A stretch of 64,000 nt of DNA from assembly GCF_052049835.1 (NCBI RefSeq), contig NZ_JBNGZF010000006.1:12191-76190 (forward strand), written 5' to 3'. The DNA is from Candidatus Pelagibacter sp. GTDB lineage: Bacteria; Pseudomonadota; Alphaproteobacteria; Pelagibacterales; Pelagibacteraceae. Shown here piece by piece: positions 57,456 to 64,000 of this stretch (its first letter is position 1; each line of letters opens with the position of its first letter). Below the pieces are notes generated by a model. The model saw nothing but the letters and a program-made list of their open reading frames with translations. It made no database searches and was not told the DNA's origin. The translations under genes were made by a program, and so were the position numbers.

Positions 57456-58548
57456 ATTAAATATAGTAACTAAAACCGAAAAATATCCAATAATTATTGG
57501 ATCAAATTTAACCTCAAGCATATCAAAAATTTTTAAATCAAATTCAATTGATTTTGATAAATGTTTGATTGTTGTTGATAAAAATATTCCAAAAAAATTT
57601 GTCTCAAATATTAAAAGGTCTTTTAAAAATAAAAGTATTTTTGTGTTATTTTTTAATGCTAGTGAAAAAAATAAAAATATTAATAGCGTTAATAAAATTC
57701 TAGAAGTTTTATTAAATAAAAACTTTTCAAGAAATGATGTTTTAATTTCTTTAGGAGGAGGAATTACAGGCGATGTAAGCGGTTTTGCAGCTAGTCTTTT
57801 CAAAAGGGGCCTTAAGTTTGCAAATATTCCAACAACTCTTTTAGCTCAAGTTGATTCATCAATTGGGGGGAAAACTGGAGTTAATTCTAAATATGGTAAA
57901 AATTTAATAGGAAGCTTTTATCAACCATCACTGGTTCTCTCAGATATTCAATTTCTTGAATCTTTATCAAGAAGAGAAATAATTTGCGGATATGGAGAAA
58001 TATTGAAGCATTCATTAATTGATAATAAAAAATTTTTTAATTTCTTAAATAAAAATCTTAAAATGATTTTAAGTCTTTCTTCTCCATTTATTGAAAAAGC
58101 AATTTATGAAAGTTGTAAAATTAAAAAAAAAGTAGTTGAAAAAGATGAAAAAGAAATAGCATTAAGAAAAGTATTAAATTTTGGCCATACATTTGCCCAT
58201 GCTTATGAATCAGGTTTAGGATACAGCCATAAATTAAATCATGGTGAAGCCGTGATACTTGGAATGAAAACGGCACTAAGTTTTAGTTTTAGGGAAAACA
58301 TGCTCAGTAAAAAAGAATATAATTTAATTATAAATCATATTGATAATTCTGGTCTACCTTCTTCTATAAAAAAATATTTTTCTATCAGAGATTTGAATAA
58401 GATTTTATCGTTTATGATCAAAGATAAAAAAAATAATTCTGAAAAAATTAACTTAGTTTTGTTAAAAAAAATTGGTAAGCCAATTTTTAACAAACAATAC
58501 ACCAAAAAAAAGTTAAATTTATTTCTAAAAAAATTTTTAACTAATTAA
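57442..58548 (+). CDS. aroB: 3-dehydroquinate synthase
   Basis: GGGITGD, PTTLLAQVDSSIGGKTG, KNLIGSF, GEILKH, LNFGHTFAHA, HGEAV. Confidence 0.97.
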   Translation: MKQTRLNIVTKTEKYPIIIGSNLTSSISKIFKSNSIDFDKCLIVVDKNIPKKFVSNIKRSFKNKSIFVLFFNASEKNKNINSVNKILEVLLNKNFSRNDVLISLGGGITGDVSGFAASLFKRGLKFANIPTTLLAQVDSSIGGKTGVNSKYGKNLIGSFYQPSLVLSDIQFLESLSRREIICGYGEILKHSLIDNKKFFNFLNKNLKMILSLSSPFIEKAIYESCKIKKKVVEKDEKEIALRKVLNFGHTFAHAYESGLGYSHKLNHGEAVILGMKTALSFSFRENMLSKKEYNLIINHIDNSGLPSSIKKYFSIRDLNKILSFMIKDKKNNSEKINLVLLKKIGKPIFNKQYTKKKLNLFLKKFLTN

Positions 58549-58797
58549 AATTTGGATTGAGTGAATAAATTCTTTTAATTCTTGATCTAAAATCTTGTAA
58601 ATTTTTTTATTACTTTCAATTTTATTCATTTTTTTTAGTTCTTGAGAAACGATAATTAATTTTAAATGATATTTTCCTTCTTGATTTCCTTTATGATTTT
58701 TATGAAGAAAAGACTTATCTTCAATATTTATACTTTCAATATTTATTTGATTTAATAATTTATTTTTTACAATTGTAATTAACTCATTTATATCCAT
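58537..58797 (-). CDS. bolA: BolA family protein
   Basis: IEDKSFLHKNH, HLKLIIVS, terminal IHSIQI. Confidence 0.85.
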   Translation of the reverse strand: MDINELITIVKNKLLNQINIESINIEDKSFLHKNHKGNQEGKYHLKLIIVSQELKKMNKIESNKKIYKILDQELKEFIHSIQILIS

Positions 58798-58814
58798 ATA
58801 TGTTATTATATATC

Positions 58815-59348
58815 ATGAAAAATATTTGTGACTGGAATAATTGTAATAAAATAGGTGAATATAAGGCACCAGTCGAAAAAGATAATAGCAGAAAATTTAG
58901 AATGCTTTGCCTTGAGCATGTAAAAGAATTTAATAAAAATTGGAACTATTTTTCAGGAATGAATGATGACCAAGTAGTGGATTTTTTAAAATCTGACATG
59001 ACTTGGCACAAACCTACGCAAAGCTTTAGCTCTTCAGATAATTTTTTCAAAGTGTTATGGAATACAACTTTGAAAGATGAGTTCGATAAAGAAAAAATAA
59101 ATGGAGATTATAATCATATGCGTCAATTTAAATTTGATCATAAAGATATAAAAGCTTTTGGAATATTGGGGGTTTCTGTAGGTTTAAAGTGGAAGAAAAT
59201 ACAAGATAAATTCAAATTACTTGTGAAAAAATTTCACCCTGATATGAATTCTGGAAATAAAAAATACGAGGAAAAACTTAAACTTATAACATTGGCTTAC
59301 ACTCAATTAAAAAATACCTATAGAGAAAAAATTGACACCAAATCTTAA
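58815..59348 (+). CDS. J-domain protein with N-terminal Cys motif
   Basis: CDW..C...[21 protein letters not shown], and a C-terminal J domain with HPD (KFHPDMN). ATG at 58815 preferred. Confidence 0.9.
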   Translation: MKNICDWNNCNKIGEYKAPVEKDNSRKFRMLCLEHVKEFNKNWNYFSGMNDDQVVDFLKSDMTWHKPTQSFSSSDNFFKVLWNTTLKDEFDKEKINGDYNHMRQFKFDHKDIKAFGILGVSVGLKWKKIQDKFKLLVKKFHPDMNSGNKKYEEKLKLITLAYTQLKNTYREKIDTKS

Positions 59349-60306
59349 CATAGAACCAGATATTAAAGTTTCATTAAAACAAACTTTTGGAATTGATTCA
59401 GAAATGGAAGTAGATGCATTTTCAAAAAAAAATGAATATGTTCCTGAAATTGATAAAAACTATAAGTTCGATAGAGATACTACTTTAGCCATTATTTCAG
59501 GATTTGCGTTTAATAAGAGAGTTCTAGTTCAAGGATATCATGGCACTGGAAAATCTACTCACATCGAGCAAATTGCTGCAAGATTAAATTGGCCCTGTAT
59601 CCGTATAAATTTAGATAGTCATGTAAGTAGAATTGATTTGATTGGAAAAGATGCAATCGTTCTAAAAGATGGTAAACAAGTAACTCAATTTAATGAGGGA
59701 ATTTTACCATGGTCTATACAAAATCCAGTTGCACTTGTTTTTGATGAATATGATGCTGGTAGACCTGATGTAATGTTTGTAATTCAAAGAGTTTTAGAAG
59801 CTGAGGGAAATTTTACATTACTAGATAAAAACAAAGTAATTAAACAAAATAAATTTTTTAGATTATTTGCTACTTCAAATACTGTTGGACTTGGTGATAC
59901 GACAGGTCTTTATCATGGTACACAGCAAATTAACCAAGGCCAGATGGATAGATGGAATATTGTTACAACTTTAAACTATCTTAGCCTAGATAGAGAAATG
60001 GACATTGTTTTGTCTAAAAATAAAAACTTAAATAACGCAAAGGGAAAAGATAAGGTTGCTAACATGATAAAAGTAGCATCTTTAACGCGTAAAGGATTTA
60101 TTGCAGGAGATATTTCAACAGTGATGAGCCCTAGAACGGTGTTACATTGGGCAGAAAATGCAGAGATATTTAAAGACACTGGTTACGCCTTTAGAGTAAC
60201 TTTTCTTAATAAATGTGATGATATTGAAAAAAATACCATCGCAGAATATTATCAAAGATGTTTTGGTGAAGAGTTGCCAGAATCTTTGATTAATATTCAA
60301 ATCTAA
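59332..60306 (+). CDS. cobS: CobS-like AAA+ ATPase (MoxR-related), TTG start
   Basis: Walker [10 protein letters not shown], Walker [33 protein letters not shown]. Confidence 0.93.
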   Translation: MTPNLNIEPDIKVSLKQTFGIDSEMEVDAFSKKNEYVPEIDKNYKFDRDTTLAIISGFAFNKRVLVQGYHGTGKSTHIEQIAARLNWPCIRINLDSHVSRIDLIGKDAIVLKDGKQVTQFNEGILPWSIQNPVALVFDEYDAGRPDVMFVIQRVLEAEGNFTLLDKNKVIKQNKFFRLFATSNTVGLGDTTGLYHGTQQINQGQMDRWNIVTTLNYLSLDREMDIVLSKNKNLNNAKGKDKVANMIKVASLTRKGFIAGDISTVMSPRTVLHWAENAEIFKDTGYAFRVTFLNKCDDIEKNTIAEYYQRCFGEELPESLINIQI

Positions 60307-62105
60307 TGAGCACTAAAGAAAATAATTTAAAAGAAAAATTCAAAATTGCTTTAACTTCTACAGCAAAAGTAATTGCTGATGATTTTGATGTAAAAAAAAA
60401 AAACTCTGAAGAGAAAAAAATAAAAGAATTCAATTTTCTAGAAATTGATAATTTAACTAGTCCAGCTGATTTTATAAGATTACGTGCAGAAACAGACTCC
60501 TCTGCTTTGAAAAAAAAATTTTGCAATGAAACAATTTACAAAAAAAACCTTCCCTCAAATACATCTTCTAGATCCCTTTATAATATTGCTGAAAAAATAC
60601 GTTACGAGACTTTGGGAGGAAAAATGTTAAAAGGAATTGAGAAAAATTTTCAAGAAAATTATCATCAAATAATAAATCGTAAACGCAAAGATCAATTAAA
60701 AACTAAAGAGGATGTATCTATATCAGAGGCATTCGAGTTATATATGCTTAAAAATTTTCATAAAATTAAGCTAAATCCTCTAACAACAAAAATGCTTCAT
60801 TTTTGGGAAAAAGACTTTGAGGACGCTATAGAAAAACATAAAGAATTTTTACTTAAAAATCTTGAAGATCAAAATATATATAGTTTAAAGTTTTCAGAAA
60901 TATTGGAAGAAATGGATATTTTTCAAAGTGAAGATGAGGACGAAAGAAAAGAAGAAAATCAAGATCAAGGACAAGATAATCCATCAAATGAAGATGAAAA
61001 TAACGATAAAGAAGACAATAAAGACGAAAAAGATGAAAATGTATCAGAGGCTTCACTAGATGCTGATTATAGTGTTGATGAATTTAACTTTGACGAACAG
61101 TTATCAGACACAGAGTCAGATGAACAAAGTTCTGAGCAAGTAGCTCAAAAAAAAATAGATAATATCAATTTAGATTATAAAATATTTACTACCCAGTTTG
61201 ATGAAGTTGTAAAAGCTGAAAATCTAGAAAATTCAGATGAAGCGACAAAACTAAGAAAAAATTTAGATCAACAATTAATCGGCTTTCAAGATATTATAAC
61301 GAAACTTGCAAATAAACTTCAAAGACAATTGCTTGCAAAACAAAATAGAGCATGGGAATTTGATTTAGAGGAGGGATTATTAGATAGTTCAAAACTTCCA
61401 AGAATTATCATGGATCCATATAATTCTTTATCATTCAAAAAAGAAAAAGATTTAGATTTTAAAGATACAGTAGTGACTCTGCTCATAGACAACTCTGGAT
61501 CTATGAGGGGAAGACCAATAACTATTGCAGCTATTTGTGCAGATATCTTATCCAGAACGTTAGAAAGGTGCTCTGTCAAAGTCGAAATTTTAGGCTTCAC
61601 AACCAAAAATTGGAAGGGTGGACAGAGTAGAGAATTATGGACTAAAAATTCTAAACCGAAAACACCAGGAAGATTGAATGACTTAAGACATATAATTTAC
61701 AAAGGAGCAGATACCCATTGGAGACAAGCAAAAAATAATTTAGGACTAATGCTAAAAGAAGGATTGCTCAAAGAGAACATTGATGGAGAAGCTATATCGT
61801 GGGCCTATAATAGGATCAAAAAGAGAAAAGAAGAAAGAAAAATATTAATGGTTATTTCTGACGGAGCCCCTGTAGATGACTCAACTCTTTCTGTTAATTC
61901 AGGTGACTTTTTAGAAAAACATTTAAAAAAGATAGTAAAGTTTATTGAAAATAAATCAGATATTGAAGTTTTAGCTATAGGAATTGGTCATGATGTTTCA
62001 AGATATTACAATAAAGCTATCAAAATTACCGACGTAAATGAATTAGGAGATGTTATGATATCTCAATTAAGCTCATTATTTGAAACAAAGAACAAATACC
62101 ACTAA
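60306..62105 (+). CDS. cobT: CobT-like vWA protein
   Basis: Acidic linker, [31 protein letters not shown]...T...SDGAP, ENIDGEA. Confidence 0.93.
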   Translation: MSTKENNLKEKFKIALTSTAKVIADDFDVKKKNSEEKKIKEFNFLEIDNLTSPADFIRLRAETDSSALKKKFCNETIYKKNLPSNTSSRSLYNIAEKIRYETLGGKMLKGIEKNFQENYHQIINRKRKDQLKTKEDVSISEAFELYMLKNFHKIKLNPLTTKMLHFWEKDFEDAIEKHKEFLLKNLEDQNIYSLKFSEILEEMDIFQSEDEDERKEENQDQGQDNPSNEDENNDKEDNKDEKDENVSEASLDADYSVDEFNFDEQLSDTESDEQSSEQVAQKKIDNINLDYKIFTTQFDEVVKAENLENSDEATKLRKNLDQQLIGFQDIITKLANKLQRQLLAKQNRAWEFDLEEGLLDSSKLPRIIMDPYNSLSFKKEKDLDFKDTVVTLLIDNSGSMRGRPITIAAICADILSRTLERCSVKVEILGFTTKNWKGGQSRELWTKNSKPKTPGRLNDLRHIIYKGADTHWRQAKNNLGLMLKEGLLKENIDGEAISWAYNRIKKRKEERKILMVISDGAPVDDSTLSVNSGDFLEKHLKKIVKFIENKSDIEVLAIGIGHDVSRYYNKAIKITDVNELGDVMISQLSSLFETKNKYH

Positions 62106-63382
62106 ATATTAAATAATTCCTTATTCTTCCATCTAATAACAACTTCAGCACCATTTCGCGTTTTTGAATTTCTACAATTAACTGATGCAAAATTTTTTTC
62201 TAATAAAGTTTTTCCAATAAACAAGCCTAGACCTAAACCCTCTTTAGATTTGTCTTTAGAATAATTTGATTTCAAATATGGCTCACCAATTTTTGAGATT
62301 ATATCTCTTGGATAACCATCACCATCATCCTCAACTGTTATTTCAGTTATTTCACTATCGCTTTTCAAATTAATAAAAATTGTATTTTTGGCAAATTTAT
62401 TCGCGTTTCCAATAAAATTTCTTAATCCATAAACTAATTCTATAGATTTGGTGATCTTTTTTGAGTTTGAGTCCTGGTCAAAATTGAAGACAAATTCCTT
62501 TTTACTTATTTCCTTAAATGAAGAAATAATTTCATGCAAATAATCTCGGATATTAATATCTTTATCAATAAATTCATCTTCTTCTACAGGATTTAAAGTT
62601 AATCGCTTTAAAATTTCATTACATCGCTCTACTTGACTATTCAATAACTCTATATCTTTTTCTAAATCTTTTTGCCCCTTAAATTGTTTCATCAAATCAT
62701 GCGTAATTATTGTTATCGTGGAAAGCGGCGTGCCTAAAGAATGTGCCGCTGCAGCGGCTTGACCACCTAAAGATAGTAGTTCATGTTCTTTTGCCATTGC
62801 CTCTTCCATTTTTCCTAATGCTTCTTTTCTTAATCTAGATTGTGTACCAAATGTCATTGCAAAATAATTTAAAAAGACCAAGGCAACAGTTAAGGATATT
62901 GGTATAGAATAGTAAAAATAATGATTGTTATGAAAATCACTGTTTAAATTAATTGGCAATTCTTCATAATTAAAAGTTAGAAAAATAATTATAATTATTG
63001 TTAAAGTTACTAATAATATATTGGTTCTTAAGCTCAAATTTGATGAAGAGAAAACACTTGGTATTAATATAAAAATTACAAATGGATTAGTTATTCCTCC
63101 TGATAAATAAAGAAGAATACCTAATTGCAAAATATCTATAAGCAGGAAGATAAAAGCAGATCTATCTGATAATTGTGTTTTTTCATAAATAAAAATTAAA
63201 TATAAATTACTTAATATTCCTAAAAATATAACTAAATTTGACGTAATAAAATCAAAACTAGAATTTAGAAATAAATATACAAAATTCACTGCAATTAATT
63301 GTCCAATAATTCCGATCCATCTAAGAGTTATGTATGTTGATTTTTTAAAAGAATGATATTTTGAAGTTTCAAAGAACTTCAT
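62102..63382 (-). CDS. regB: RegB/PrrB/ActS-type redox sensor histidine kinase
   Basis: LRWI...GQ, six TM segments, quinone motif SGGITNPF, H-box AAHSLGTPL, redox Cys ERCNEIL, G boxes DDGDG and GLGLGLF. Confidence 0.92.
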   Translation of the reverse strand: MKFFETSKYHSFKKSTYITLRWIGIIGQLIAVNFVYLFLNSSFDFITSNLVIFLGILSNLYLIFIYEKTQLSDRSAFIFLLIDILQLGILLYLSGGITNPFVIFILIPSVFSSSNLSLRTNILLVTLTIIIIIFLTFNYEELPINLNSDFHNNHYFYYSIPISLTVALVFLNYFAMTFGTQSRLRKEALGKMEEAMAKEHELLSLGGQAAAAAHSLGTPLSTITIITHDLMKQFKGQKDLEKDIELLNSQVERCNEILKRLTLNPVEEDEFIDKDINIRDYLHEIISSFKEISKKEFVFNFDQDSNSKKITKSIELVYGLRNFIGNANKFAKNTIFINLKSDSEITEITVEDDGDGYPRDIISKIGEPYLKSNYSKDKSKEGLGLGLFIGKTLLEKNFASVNCRNSKTRNGAEVVIRWKNKELFNI

Positions 63383-63384
63383 TT

Positions 63385-64000
63385 TTAAATATCAAGATTT
63401 CTAACATTTATAGCATTGGAAACTATAAAATCTTTTCTTAATGCCACATCGTTACCCATTAAAGTATGAATTAAACTTTGATCTTTTTTCAAATCTTTTG
63501 AGTATTGAACTTGTAGTAAATTTCTTGTTTCTGGGTCTAATGTGGTACTCCATAATTCTTCTGGATTCATTTCTCCAAGACCTTTAAATCTTTGGATATT
63601 CATTTTTGATTTTTCTTCATCAATTTTTTTCAAATAATCTTTGGACTCCTTTTTAATTTTTTTTAATTCCTTATTATTATTTATGATGTAATCCTCTAGC
63701 TCCTTCTCATCTTTTATATAAATTCCCTTTGAGCCTTTGTTAATTTTAAATAACGGTGGTTGAGCTAAATAAACATGACCATTTTCAATTAGCTTATTAA
63801 ATGGCTTATTATTAAAAAAAGTTAAAAGAAGGGCTCTTATATGAGAGCCATCTACATCAGCATCTGTCATAATAATAATTTTTCCATATCTTAAATCTTT
63901 TAAATCAATCTCTTGCGCTTTTGGATCTAAACCCAGAGCATTAATCAATGTAACAATCTCATTTGAAGAGATCATTTTTGACAAAGCTTTTGTTCTTTGA
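63385..64000 (-). CDS. Type IIA topoisomerase B subunit (GyrB/ParE), C-terminal part; continues past the right edge
   Basis: LRYGKIIIMTDADVDGSHI, QPPLF, IQRFKGLGEMNPEELW..TLDP, LMG.DV..RK. The frame is open from 63984 to 64000, so the track's 199-aa start is an artefact. Confidence 0.92.
   Translation of the reverse strand, partial: QRTKALSKMISSNEIVTLINALGLDPKAQEIDLKDLRYGKIIIMTDADVDGSHIRALLLTFFNNKPFNKLIENGHVYLAQPPLFKINKGSKGIYIKDEKELEDYIINNNKELKKIKKESKDYLKKIDEEKSKMNIQRFKGLGEMNPEELWSTTLDPETRNLLQVQYSKDLKKDQSLIHTLMGNDVALRKDFIVSNAINVRNLDI

Noticed and set aside
60392-60403. A12 tract early in cobT as a phase-variation switch
   Set aside because: It is in frame (VKKKN), and long A/T runs are common throughout this AT-rich window.
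766-61606. About 45 short track ORFs antisense to or inside core genes (e.g. 766-1026, 13156-13542, 21489-21935, 42623-43153, 48300-48641, 50386-50754, 57378-57803, 61319-61606)
   Set aside because: They lie wholly within well-supported genes, are rich in F/L/S/I as expected for the reverse strand of AT-rich codons, and show no motifs.

Overview
Very AT-rich, tightly packed bacterial DNA with overlapping stop/start codons and almost no spacers. The gene content and order (glycine riboswitch in front of malate synthase, gcrA, cobST, regB, G-1-less tRNA-His) point to a streamlined marine alphaproteobacterium, most likely SAR11/Pelagibacterales (inference). The window is mostly core genome: prmC(part)-prfA-ispG-ask, ubiG, argJ, secA, accA, glcB, ffs-dnaX-ybaB-recR, pheA-kdsB, cytochrome c, argDF, gcrA, rnd-kdsD-lptC-lptB-aroA-rpsA-ihfB-pyrF-trpFBA-accD-folC, trxA, his genes, murA, rpmH-rnpA-yidD-yidC-argB-dapDE, def-fmt-truA, aroKB, bolA/dnaJ-cobST, regB and part of a type II topoisomerase. 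It has three tRNAs (His, Phe, Thr), SRP RNA and a tandem glycine riboswitch. I found no CRISPR array, transposase, integrase or rRNA. The most interesting candidates are: (1) a TrpB with many substitutions at normally invariant active-site residues; (2) an RmuC / phage-like PD-(D/E)XK nuclease / exonuclease I cluster at the position next to trxA where AddAB usually lies; (3) an adjacent lysine deacetylase and SET methyltransferase pair, with the SET gene flanked by a 16-bp duplication of the truA 3' end; (4) two tRNAs with non-canonical T-loops; (5) several small ORFs missed by the track. All calls come from reading motifs by eye; no database searches were run.
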